Shown here: one piece after another, positions 16,344 through 25,221 of the stretch | How the letters are laid out: each line of letters begins with the position of its first letter | How positions within the stretch are numbered: position 1 is the stretch's first letter | Virus record (IMG/VR): IMGVR_UViG_3300028044_000003 | Location: 32,001-96,000 of that record | Source of the DNA: a virus | Direction: 5' to 3' (one strand) | Length of the DNA stretch: 64,000 nucleotides | Translations under genes and position numbers: made by a program | Notes under the pieces: model-generated | What the model was told of the DNA's origin: nothing | The model's database searches: none | What the model saw: the letters and a program-made list of their open reading frames with translations, nothing else

Positions 16344-17425
16344 TAAATCAATTAAAAGGGGGAATACAAGATGAAGCATTATTTATAATAGGTAATAAAT
16401 TTCGTTGCGGTATAGCTATATCTATGGGTGTTGGTAAAACTTATATTGCTTTACAACACATGGTCAGAAACTATACCGACTATTCTCGGTTTTTAGTTGT
16501 GGCTCCAAAAGTAGATATTTTTCAAACGTATCTTGAAGAGATGGATAAGTTTAATTTGTCTTTTCTAAAAGAGAATGTTGAATTTTCTACTTACCGTTCT
16601 TTACCAAATCAAGATCTTAATTATGATATAGTTTATCTAGACGAATGTCATTCTTTATTATCTAGTCATTCAAAATGGTTAAAATCTTATTCTGGTAAAA
16701 TTTTAGGTTTAACAGGTACACCTCCCAGGTTTAAAAAATCTGAGAAAGGTATTTTAGTAGATACTTATTGTCCTATAGTTTATGAATATATGGTAGACGA
16801 AGCTGTAAACGATCGTATTTTAAACGATTATCGTATTATAATTCATAGTCTATCGTTAGATTCTGATAGAAACATAAAAATGACAAATAAGTCTGGTAAA
16901 ACATGGTATACCAGTGAGGTAAATAGTTATAATTTTTGGACTAATTTAACAGGTACTGAATCTGGTAATAAGTTACTCAAAGCTCGTTTAATGCGTATGA
17001 AAGCGTTGATGGGGTTTAACTCAAAAATTATATACGCTAAACAATTATTTGAATCGTTTACAGATAAGTCAATAGTTTTTACTAATACAAAAGAGCAGGC
17101 AGATCTTCTTTGTAATAAAAGTTATTATTCAGGTCATCCGGAAGGAGACGAAAATTTAAAGAATTTTAAATCTGGTGTAATAACTAAACTTAGTTGCGTA
17201 GTAAAACTTAATGAAGGTATAAATATTCCTGGTTTAAAATCGGGGGTAATCCTTCATGCTTACGGTAACGAAAAAAAGGCCAGTCAAAGAATAGGTCGAT
17301 TATTAAGACTCAACCCAGATGACTGTTCTAACATACACGTTCTTTGTTACAAAAATACAATAGACGAAGAATGGGTAAAATCTGCTTTACAAGATTTTGA
17401 TCAAACAAAAATTACTTACAAATGA
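16340..17425 (+). CDS. superfamily 2 (DExH) helicase
   Basis: MGVGKT, DECH, LTGT, EGINIP, QRIGRLLR. Confidence 0.9.
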   Translation: MINQLKGGIQDEALFIIGNKFRCGIAISMGVGKTYIALQHMVRNYTDYSRFLVVAPKVDIFQTYLEEMDKFNLSFLKENVEFSTYRSLPNQDLNYDIVYLDECHSLLSSHSKWLKSYSGKILGLTGTPPRFKKSEKGILVDTYCPIVYEYMVDEAVNDRILNDYRIIIHSLSLDSDRNIKMTNKSGKTWYTSEVNSYNFWTNLTGTESGNKLLKARLMRMKALMGFNSKIIYAKQLFESFTDKSIVFTNTKEQADLLCNKSYYSGHPEGDENLKNFKSGVITKLSCVVKLNEGINIPGLKSGVILHAYGNEKKASQRIGRLLRLNPDDCSNIHVLCYKNTIDEEWVKSALQDFDQTKITYK

Positions 17426-17742
17426 GCAAATCAAATTATGTTTTTGAAAAAGGGATTGTATATACCAAAGTTGGTAGAAGCAGTAACGAATCACTTAATG
17501 AATTTATTGATAATATTTTTAAATTAGAAGTTGTGGATGATCATTCACTATTTTTACCTGTTACGAATTTTAATGAAAAATTTGCTAGAAATTTAATAAG
17601 CAGTGCTCGTAGACGTTATTCTAGAAATGTAAAGAATACCGATTCAAAAAAAGAAAAATTACCCGAATTGGTTTTTGTTTACTCTAAAGTTTATGATAAT
17701 AAAAAGAAATATTTAGGTACAAGAATTTGGAGAAAAGTTTAA
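17422..17742 (+). CDS. small basic protein
   Basis: 106-aa ORF ending GTRIWRKV. Confidence 0.7.
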   Translation: MSKSNYVFEKGIVYTKVGRSSNESLNEFIDNIFKLEVVDDHSLFLPVTNFNEKFARNLISSARRRYSRNVKNTDSKKEKLPELVFVYSKVYDNKKKYLGTRIWRKV

Positions 17743-17758
17743 ATTTGTAAAAAAATTT

Positions 17759-18043
17759 ATGGCAACTACGTCATTATCTATTAAAAAAAACGAGGTTAAA
17801 ACTAACCTTATGATTTCTACTATTCAAAGTGCTTCTGATGATTTACACATCGATATTATTTTATGCGATGAAGAGTTTTCTCCTAAAAAAGTAATACTAA
17901 CTTTAGCTAAAAACGCTGAAGAACAGGAGTATCATAAAACTCTTAGAGAAGAGTCTTTAGAAAAAGGTCACTTTGTTAAAGAATTTTCTACATTATTAGA
18001 TCATGAGCCGGAACCTTTAGAAAATGTCGAGGAAAATAATTAG
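17759..18043 (+). CDS. hypothetical protein
   Basis: 94 aa; TAAATTTG at 17740. Confidence 0.7.
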   Translation: MATTSLSIKKNEVKTNLMISTIQSASDDLHIDIILCDEEFSPKKVILTLAKNAEEQEYHKTLREESLEKGHFVKEFSTLLDHEPEPLENVEENN

Positions 18044-18344
18044 ACTTATCGTTCCTTTCCAGGTGATATGTATCAATGATAAAGACAAACCTGAAACAAT
18101 ACCTAATAGTAAATGGGTTAAAGAAGGTGAGTTATATACTGTTGTACATGTTAGTAATTTAAAGTTTCATGACGGTCTTGCAGTAAAACTTAAAGAGAAA
18201 GATCTTTCTGATTGTGTTCCTTATACGTTCTTTGATTTATCTAGGTTTATGGTTTTAGTAGATGAAGACTTTGGAGATGATTCCGAAGAAGTAAATGACA
18301 TTATAATTGATGAAAACGATACTACTCCAATAGACGATTTGTAG
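18024..18344 (+). CDS. hypothetical protein with acidic tail
   Basis: 106-aa ORF. Confidence 0.7.
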   Translation: MSRKIIRLIVPFQVICINDKDKPETIPNSKWVKEGELYTVVHVSNLKFHDGLAVKLKEKDLSDCVPYTFFDLSRFMVLVDEDFGDDSEEVNDIIIDENDTTPIDDL

Positions 18345-18471
18345 TGTTAAAGATACCTCTTGATAAAACCGCTGAGGGATGAGTTGAGGCTACACATGTG
18401 AGACCGATGAGACTCTCGAAAGTATAGCGATGCTGATACAACGGAACCGGAAACATTACATTATTAAAACG

Positions 18472-18573
18472 GTTAGCTACTATCCGGGGAAAACCTTCTT
18501 AAAGAAATTATTGGTAAAAGCGCCTCCCTAGTCGTGACCTGCAGCCGCGCAAAAGAGGAGGGTAGTAGTTAAC
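18472..18573 (+). ncRNA. putative structured RNA
   Basis: 14-bp closing stem GTTAGCTACTATCC/GGGTAGTAGTTAAC with two G-U pairs. Confidence 0.45.
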
Positions 18574-18580
18574 TTATTAT

Positions 18581-18660
18581 AGTCAGGTGGCGGAATTGGG
18601 TCAAGCTATGGTACTTCTTAGCAATACTTAAGCATACAGGTTCGAATCCTGGACTGACTA
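18581..18660 (+). tRNA. tRNA-like RNA or pseudo-tRNA, anticodon undetermined
   Basis: AGTCAG/CTGACT acceptor, TGGCGGAATTGG D region, CAGG-TTCGAAT-CCTG T arm; no canonical anticodon arm. Confidence 0.6.
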
Positions 18661-18800
18661 CGCACAAGGATCTGACTAGAGTCCTTTAGTTACTTTAAGC
18701 AGAATAGAAGTAACTCCTAAACCATACGGGTTGAACGCGTTAACCAAATAACAGGAGATGGTACAATACGGGCGTATAGCGTGCTGATACGACAGCGGAA

Positions 18801-18857
18801 GGTGTAACAAGGAGAGTTTGTCTTAGACATTCGTAGTTCGATTCTACTTACACCACA
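18801..18857 (+). ncRNA. mini tRNA-like RNA (acceptor stem plus T arm)
   Basis: GGTGTAA/TTACACC-ACA; GTAG-TTCGATT-CTAC. Confidence 0.6.
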
Positions 18858-18871
18858 AAAAACAAATAACT

Positions 18872-19135
18872 ATGGGTAAATTTAAACCACAAGCTAGTTA
18901 TACTTCAGACGAAAGTATTAGAAATTATCGTAACGGTCAATCTAAAAGTTCTAGTGTTACTGAAGTATTTAAAGACTACGCGACTTTAAAAAAAGAACTT
19001 AATAGAATGGTAAGTTTAAGTGTAGACAACTGCGTATTCGTTTCGAGAAGTAGAAGAGGTGAATGGGGAGAATGGTTCGAAAGATGGCAAAGAGTAAATG
19101 ATAAAATTAAAATAACAAAAGAAACCTGGATGTAA
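18872..19135 (+). CDS. hypothetical protein
   Basis: 87-aa ORF. Confidence 0.7.
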   Translation: MGKFKPQASYTSDESIRNYRNGQSKSSSVTEVFKDYATLKKELNRMVSLSVDNCVFVSRSRRGEWGEWFERWQRVNDKIKITKETWM

Positions 19136-19137
19136 GT

Positions 19138-19536
19138 ATGAGTAGCCAATTATTACAAACAAAACTTGTTAAAAAAAATGGTAAAATGGTTCATATTTCT
19201 GATGTAAAAAATGAGATTTATGAAAAATTTATTGATAAGTTAGAGGAAGGTCAAGAGATATCTGTAATGTTTGACGCTAGTCCGGACAACGGAACTTTAG
19301 CTCAATTATCAAAAATACATGCTTGTATAAGAGAATTATCAATAGAAACTGGTCAGTCGGTAGAAGATTTAAAACTTGAGATAAAGAAAAAAGTTGGATT
19401 ATGTTTTGTAAAAACAGTTGATAACGAAAGATTTATGTTTTGTAAATCTCTTGGTGATGCTTCTAAAGACGAACTTAATTTAGTAATTCAACAAATAATT
19501 GAAATAGGTGATTTTGTAAACTTAAACTTAAGATAA
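19138..19536 (+). CDS. NinB/Orf-like recombination accessory protein
   Basis: Q..KIHA.IRELS.ETG....LK...S...SK.EL...I pattern. Confidence 0.5.
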   Translation: MSSQLLQTKLVKKNGKMVHISDVKNEIYEKFIDKLEEGQEISVMFDASPDNGTLAQLSKIHACIRELSIETGQSVEDLKLEIKKKVGLCFVKTVDNERFMFCKSLGDASKDELNLVIQQIIEIGDFVNLNLR

Positions 19537-19841
19537 TGGAAAATGTATCGACAAAACTTATTAACGGATTTATATCCGAACTTTCTGATTTAGATTTTAG
19601 ATATCTATGTGCTCAATCTCAAATAATAGCTAGTATCAAAGATTTACATTCTAATTATAAAATAGATAAGAAAGACTTTTGTGAGAATATAGGTATCAAA
19701 CCTTCCGAGTACAAAAAATTTATTAGTGGTAATTATATGTACAAGTTATCTCATTTAGTTGGTATTAAACACTACGGTATTAAACTCCATAGCTTACAAC
19801 AACAATCTAAAGATATAATTACTTTTGAGTATAAAAAGTAA
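19536..19841 (+). CDS. XRE-like HTH protein
   Basis: IDKKDFCENIGIKPSEYKKFISG. Confidence 0.55.
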   Translation: MENVSTKLINGFISELSDLDFRYLCAQSQIIASIKDLHSNYKIDKKDFCENIGIKPSEYKKFISGNYMYKLSHLVGIKHYGIKLHSLQQQSKDIITFEYKK

Positions 19842-20147
19842 CTATTCTTTTTGATCCTCGGGAATCATTCCTGGGTCAAATTCTTGTACAGTTATTTTAC
19901 CTTGTTCTTTCGCGCTAGTTTCTATAGCGTAGATTAAGGGTAACAAAGCGTGTATACAGGCTTCTGAAGCATCTCTTGGAGAAATATTTTCTTTTATTTT
20001 TTCAAGAGATTCTTTAAAATCATCAGGTGTTTTAGTCTCCGAAATCATTAATAATGCTTCGGTTAGTCTTTTATAAAATCCTCCTGAGATTTTTACTTCT
20101 ATAATAGCTTCAGGTAATATTGTATCGTATTTAATTTTCTCACTCAT
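19842..20147 (-). CDS. hypothetical protein on the opposite strand
   Basis: 101-aa ORF that fills the gap exactly. Confidence 0.75.
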   Translation of the reverse strand: MSEKIKYDTILPEAIIEVKISGGFYKRLTEALLMISETKTPDDFKESLEKIKENISPRDASEACIHALLPLIYAIETSAKEQGKITVQEFDPGMIPEDQKE

Positions 20148-20168
20148 ATTGTAAAGTTATAAAAACCT

Positions 20169-20879
20169 ATGAAAACAATTGATATTAACGATGTAAAAAG
20201 TAAACTTAACGAACGACTAAAATCTTCCGGTTGGAGTAATAAGTTAAAATCTTTTATTTTGAGTTCTGATTTTGATAGAATATTAGAATTTTTAGTAAAA
20301 GAAGTAAATGATAGTAAAAGATTTACTCCAAAATTAAAACAAGTATTTAGAGCCTTTGAAGAGTGTCCTTATGATGATGTTAAAGTTGTTTGTATAGGTC
20401 AAGACCCATACCCAACTCCGTCTGTAGCCGATGGTATAGCTTTTTCTTGTAGTAATACAATGAAAGAACAACCTTCTCTTACGTATATGTTTGACGAAAT
20501 CGAACGTACTGTATATCCTGGAGAAAGTTATACGCGGGACGTTGATCTATCGCGTTGGTCTCACCAAGGAATATTACTTATTAACTCTGCGTTTACAACC
20601 ACAATCAATAGGTCTGGAAGCCACTTTGATATTTGGAGACCGTTTATTACTTTTTTGCTTGATACTATCGGTAACGATCGCCGTGATATAGTTTATATGT
20701 TTCTTGGTAAACAGTCTGTTAGATATCATGAGTTAATTCCTGAAGATTCAATTAATTTTTACGCTCCTCATCCGGCATCCGCTGCTCATAATAATTTAAA
20801 AAACTGGGAGTCAAACGAGTTATTTATTAAGGTAAATGAGGCCCTTATCGGACTTAACAAATTACCTATTATTTGGTAA
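20169..20879 (+). CDS. ung: uracil-DNA glycosylase, family 1
   Basis: GQDPY, ADGIAFS, QGILLIN, HPAS. Confidence 0.95.
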   Translation: MKTIDINDVKSKLNERLKSSGWSNKLKSFILSSDFDRILEFLVKEVNDSKRFTPKLKQVFRAFEECPYDDVKVVCIGQDPYPTPSVADGIAFSCSNTMKEQPSLTYMFDEIERTVYPGESYTRDVDLSRWSHQGILLINSAFTTTINRSGSHFDIWRPFITFLLDTIGNDRRDIVYMFLGKQSVRYHELIPEDSINFYAPHPASAAHNNLKNWESNELFIKVNEALIGLNKLPIIW

Positions 20880-21276
20880 CAAATACTCCAACAGCTCCTC
20901 CTACTAAAATTAATAGTCCAGAGGCCCATAAAGAGTTTGACAATTTAGTTTTTATTTTTTGTTTTTTGAGAGCTTTTTGAAATTCTATCTCGTTTTCTTT
21001 AAACTTAGTAATAAGTTTTTGTTGCTCATCGGATAAAGATGTTTTAAAAATAATTATAGAATCTTGAGTCTCAATGAGTTTATTTTTATAAACATTTGAT
21101 TGCTCAGAAACTTGTAAAAGTTGACAACATTCTTTACCTTCGATTAGCTTAAAAGCTATCTGTCTCAGCTCTGATTTAGTATAAGTTTTACTTGAATCCA
21201 ATTCCGGATTCTGAGCGAATGATACTATCGAGAATAGCAACAGAACCATCAGCAATAATGATTTTAGTTTTTCCAT
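20869..21276 (-). CDS. secreted coiled-coil protein with C-terminal TM (spanin-like?)
   Basis: signal peptide, coiled coil, C-terminal hydrophobic helix. Confidence 0.55.
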   Translation of the reverse strand: MEKLKSLLLMVLLLFSIVSFAQNPELDSSKTYTKSELRQIAFKLIEGKECCQLLQVSEQSNVYKNKLIETQDSIIIFKTSLSDEQQKLITKFKENEIEFQKALKKQKIKTKLSNSLWASGLLILVGGAVGVFVTK

Positions 21277-21502
21277 TTATGTATTTAATTTTTTCTGGTA
21301 AAGATTCTAAACTATCTATCTTATGACGATAAAACAGACTTTCTTCGAATTTTACAACATATAAAGAATCATATTTTTTGCGAAGCTTATCATATTTAGT
21401 AGTATCAGTGATGGACGGGGTTATATTGGTTTTTTTAAATAGTATAACTCCTATTAGAATTAATGTAATGATAATTAAAATGTAAATTATGTCTTTGTTC
21501 AT
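21188..21502 (-). CDS. N-anchored membrane coiled-coil protein (i-spanin-like?)
   Basis: start 21502, MNKDIIYILIIITLILIGVILF; overlaps the next gene. Confidence 0.55.
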   Translation of the reverse strand: MNKDIIYILIIITLILIGVILFKKTNITPSITDTTKYDKLRKKYDSLYVVKFEESLFYRHKIDSLESLPEKIKYINGKTKIIIADGSVAILDSIIRSESGIGFK

Positions 21503-21520
21503 GTTGTAAATATAAAAAAA

Positions 21521-22123
21521 ATGTCTGTTAATGTAGATGTAAGGGAATTTTTTGATCAAATTACCTCCCAGGGAATAACGCCTAACGAATTTTATCTTTT
21601 ATGTAGTATGAGGGAATCGATAGCTCCGGTTCTTATAAACACTGCTAATGAATTAAACACTCTTAAAGGTAAGAGATGGGTTGGCGATGACAATAAACTT
21701 TCAGATGACGCTGTAAGGTTTATTGAAAAAATGGATAAATATTTTAGAATAAGTAAAAAAAAGACGTCAGCTACATTGTTGGGTAATAATTTTGAAAATA
21801 ATATTGTAAAGTACTTATCGCTGTTTCCTAAAATAAAACTTCCGAACGGTAAGTACGCACGATCTGATAGAAAACAGATAGAAAACGCGTTTAGATGGTT
21901 TTTCGAAACTTATGATTATTCCTGGGATATTATATTAGAAGCTACTGTGGTATATGTAAACGAATACCAAAGAAAAAACTGGCTTTATATGAGAACATCT
22001 CAGTTTTTTATAAGAAAACAAGAATCTGATAAAACGTTTATGTCTGATCTTGCTGTTTATTGTGAAAACTATATGAACGGTACTGATGATAACGAATCGT
22101 TTATTAAAGAGCGTATTGTATGA
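21521..22123 (+). CDS. putative replication initiator or helicase loader
   Basis: immediately upstream of DnaB; function inferred from position. Confidence 0.5.
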   Translation: MSVNVDVREFFDQITSQGITPNEFYLLCSMRESIAPVLINTANELNTLKGKRWVGDDNKLSDDAVRFIEKMDKYFRISKKKTSATLLGNNFENNIVKYLSLFPKIKLPNGKYARSDRKQIENAFRWFFETYDYSWDIILEATVVYVNEYQRKNWLYMRTSQFFIRKQESDKTFMSDLAVYCENYMNGTDDNESFIKERIV

Positions 22124-23082
22124 TATTAAGAGTAAAAAGATGGAAATCTAAAGAAAACGCTTATCAAGAATCTTTAGAATATCTCAGAAGTCGGGCTTTA
22201 GGTAAAACTACAAGTTTTATTACACCTTGGTCTAAGTTTAATGATGCAGGTGTAGACGGTATAGAATGGAACTCTATGGTAGTTATAGGAGGAAGACCGG
22301 GTAGTGGTAAGACTTTATTAAAAGATCAAATCATTAGAGAGTCATTTAACTTAAATCCTAATCAAGATTTTAGAGTCTTAGAATTTCAGTTTGAAATGAT
22401 CGGACGTGTATCAGCTATTAGAGAGTTTTCCGCTTCGTTAGGAAAAACCTATAAAGAGTTGTGTAGCGCCGGTGGTTATAAACTAAATCCTAATGATTTT
22501 GAATTGTGTAAACAATACCGAGATTCTAGATTAAATCTTCCGATCGATATTGTAGATACACCTTGTACAGTACAAGAATTTTCAGAAACTATTTCAAATT
22601 ATTACGAAGAACACAAAACAAAATTTGTAGTTACTTTAGATCACTCAATTCTTTTAAACAAGTCTCATAATCATAAAGATAAATATGAAATGTTATATCA
22701 ACTTGGTGAAGAGCTAACAAGACTTAAAAGAAAACTACCGGTTATATTTATAATTCTTAGTCAGCTAAATAGAAATGTTGATAGCCCTGAAAGAGCTGAA
22801 AATGGTAAGTATGGTAATTTTATTTTGGATTCTGATATATTCGGTGGTGATGCTTTGTTACAACACGCTGATATGTTAATCGGTATTAACCGACCGGCCC
22901 AAAGAAAAATTGAATACTACGGTCCAGAAAGATTTATAATTAAAGACGATACTATTCTTGTAGCCCATTTTCTTAAATGTCGTAACGGAGATACTAGAAT
23001 GAGTTTTTTTAAAGCTGTATTTGAGAATATGAGAATCGAAGAGATGACTACCCCGCCTACACAATCAAAAATTAAATTATGA
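22120..23082 (+). CDS. dnaB: DnaB-like replicative helicase
   Basis: GGRPGSGKT, FEM, LDH, LSQLNR, KCRNG. Confidence 0.92.
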   Translation: MILRVKRWKSKENAYQESLEYLRSRALGKTTSFITPWSKFNDAGVDGIEWNSMVVIGGRPGSGKTLLKDQIIRESFNLNPNQDFRVLEFQFEMIGRVSAIREFSASLGKTYKELCSAGGYKLNPNDFELCKQYRDSRLNLPIDIVDTPCTVQEFSETISNYYEEHKTKFVVTLDHSILLNKSHNHKDKYEMLYQLGEELTRLKRKLPVIFIILSQLNRNVDSPERAENGKYGNFILDSDIFGGDALLQHADMLIGINRPAQRKIEYYGPERFIIKDDTILVAHFLKCRNGDTRMSFFKAVFENMRIEEMTTPPTQSKIKL

Positions 23083-23708
23083 ATTATCCAAAACCCATAA
23101 GCCCGCAAGAAAAAAGGGAAAACGCGGCTGAGATGAGAAAACATCATGAAAAAACATTTGAAAAACTCGGTCTTCCAAACGCTTATTTTTTACCCAAACT
23201 AGCTTTTGTAAAAAAAACTGGTGATGTGTCTAAAGTTATTTCATTTTTTATAAGCGAACTTAGAAGAGCTGAAGATATTTATATCGAATTTGCTTCTAGT
23301 AATAACACTGTAGAAGATCCTGAAAGAAGGTTATGGAAATGGAGGTATAATCCTCATTTTCAAACCGAATATGAAGCTAGACCTTTAGAGCAAACTACTG
23401 GTTTTTATTATCTTATACCTATTACAGAACTTATTGAAATACAAGTTCCTAAAGATGAACCAGTTATAAAACAACTAGAAGTTAAAGAAAAAATTAGTAC
23501 AAAAGATTTTGAAATAGGTTCTGAAAAAAAAGAAAGTATACCTGATCAAAATACAATTAAATCACCTAAATTTACACACGAGGAAACTTGTCGAATTGTA
23601 GATCTGGATGCTCGTGATTTTGCTTGCTTATATTTGAAAGTTCCGGAAAGTTCTTACGAATGGCTTAACGATCTTATTACCAAGCATAGAAAAGAAAATT
23701 TACTTTAA
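23079..23708 (+). CDS. hypothetical protein
   Basis: 209-aa coupled ORF. Confidence 0.75.
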   Translation: MNYPKPISPQEKRENAAEMRKHHEKTFEKLGLPNAYFLPKLAFVKKTGDVSKVISFFISELRRAEDIYIEFASSNNTVEDPERRLWKWRYNPHFQTEYEARPLEQTTGFYYLIPITELIEIQVPKDEPVIKQLEVKEKISTKDFEIGSEKKESIPDQNTIKSPKFTHEETCRIVDLDARDFACLYLKVPESSYEWLNDLITKHRKENLL

Positions 23709-24481
23709 TGAACGAAATTGTATTACCAACAACTAAGATACCGGCTTCTATAAAGAGTCCTCGTAATCTTATTATTCTTTCTAAGCCTAAAACAGGTAAA
23801 ACAACTCTCTTAGCAGAATTAGATAATTGTTTAATTCTTGATCTTGAAAAAGGTACAGACGGTATTGACGCTATGAAAATTCATGCGTCAAGTATTGAAG
23901 AAATTAAACAAATAGGTGAAGCTATTAAGAAAGCTAATAATCCTTATATGTATATCGCAGTCGATACTGTAACGGCTTTGGAAGAAATGTGTATACCTTA
24001 TGCTGAAAAGCTTTACGCTAAGACAAGTATGGGTAAAAACTGGTTTAAGAAAAAACCGGATGGAACCCTGGCTGAAGATAGTGGTAAAGCTACTTATAGT
24101 AGTATACTTAATTTACCCAATGGCGGTGGTTATTTTTATCTTAGAGAAGCTTTTACTAAGGTTGTAGAATTTATCAAAACATGGGCCCCAAGAACTATTC
24201 TTGTAGGACACGTTAAAGATACTTTGCTAGACAAAGCTGGTGTAGAAGTAAGTTCTCTTGATTTAGATTTAACTGGTAAATTAAAAAGAATAAGTACCTC
24301 ACAGTCGGACGCGATAGGTTATCTCTATCGTAAAAACGGAGTTAATAAAATAACTTTTAAAACTACTGATGAAATTGCATGTGGGGCTCGCCCTCCTCAT
24401 TTAAGAAACGAAGAATTTGTTATCTCTGAATTAAAGGATGACAAACTAGTTACTTATTGGGACAAAATTTATATTGATTAA
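23708..24481 (+). CDS. AAA_24/Sak4-like P-loop ATPase (recombinase)
   Basis: KPKTGKTT, LDLEKG, IAVDT, LVGH. Confidence 0.85.
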   Translation: MNEIVLPTTKIPASIKSPRNLIILSKPKTGKTTLLAELDNCLILDLEKGTDGIDAMKIHASSIEEIKQIGEAIKKANNPYMYIAVDTVTALEEMCIPYAEKLYAKTSMGKNWFKKKPDGTLAEDSGKATYSSILNLPNGGGYFYLREAFTKVVEFIKTWAPRTILVGHVKDTLLDKAGVEVSSLDLDLTGKLKRISTSQSDAIGYLYRKNGVNKITFKTTDEIACGARPPHLRNEEFVISELKDDKLVTYWDKIYID

Positions 24482-24500
24482 TTAATAAAAACTATACAAA

Positions 24501-25169
24501 ATGGCTTTAAGTACAAAAAATGTAAACACAGGTTCGTTATCTAAAATATTCGAACCAGGTAATTTGAAGGCTGAGATTTTATCTATAGCCCTGGCACCAT
24601 TCCCTTTTAAAGAAGGTTCTTATCACATCACATTATTTATCCAAGGTTCTGAGATCGAAGGTTTTCAAGGAATCCCTGTAGACAAAGCAAATCCTGAAGG
24701 TGAAAAATACAAAGGTCAAGTGGCTTATGTAAAATCAAACGAATACGCTTATGCTGATGGTACTACTAAAAGTGGTATTAGTGTTTCTAGAGATATGGAT
24801 ATCTTGAAATTCGTTAAAAATGTTTGTGTAGAAAGCGGTTCGGAAGCTATAAAATGGTTTGAAGAGCAAGATAACAAACACGATACTATCGAATCTTTAA
24901 TGGATAATTTTAATACAGTAAAGCCTTTCAAAGGTGTTATGTTTAATCTATGTGTTGGTGGTAGAGAATATACTAACAAACAAGGTTATCCAGCTTTTGA
25001 TTTAAACTTAGTAAGACCGGCTAAAGGTGAAAAGAATTTAGAAAACGTAGGAGCTACTAACTCTAGGTTAGTAATTTTTGACTCTTCTAAACATATTAAA
25101 AAGCAAGCCCAAAAAGAGTTTAGTCAATCTGACTCTGAACCGGCATCTGACGATACATTTTCACTTTAA
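24501..25169 (+). CDS. probable ssDNA-binding protein
   Basis: follows the Sak4-like gene; acidic/aromatic tail SDDTFSL. Confidence 0.6.
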   Translation: MALSTKNVNTGSLSKIFEPGNLKAEILSIALAPFPFKEGSYHITLFIQGSEIEGFQGIPVDKANPEGEKYKGQVAYVKSNEYAYADGTTKSGISVSRDMDILKFVKNVCVESGSEAIKWFEEQDNKHDTIESLMDNFNTVKPFKGVMFNLCVGGREYTNKQGYPAFDLNLVRPAKGEKNLENVGATNSRLVIFDSSKHIKKQAQKEFSQSDSEPASDDTFSL

Positions 25170-25186
25170 TCATGTTTAATTTGGAG

Positions 25187-25218
25187 AGGGGAGAACGAAA
25201 GTTTTCCCCTTATTTTAT
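25187..25218 (+). terminator. intrinsic terminator
   Basis: AGGGGAGAAC-GAAA-GTTTTCCCCT plus TATTTT. Confidence 0.75.
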
Positions 25219-25221
25219 TAA

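Noticed and set aside
18404-18421. Hammerhead ribozyme (CCGATGA...GAAA)
   Set aside because: The core reads CCGA rather than CUGA, stem II is essentially absent, and stems I and III were not found.
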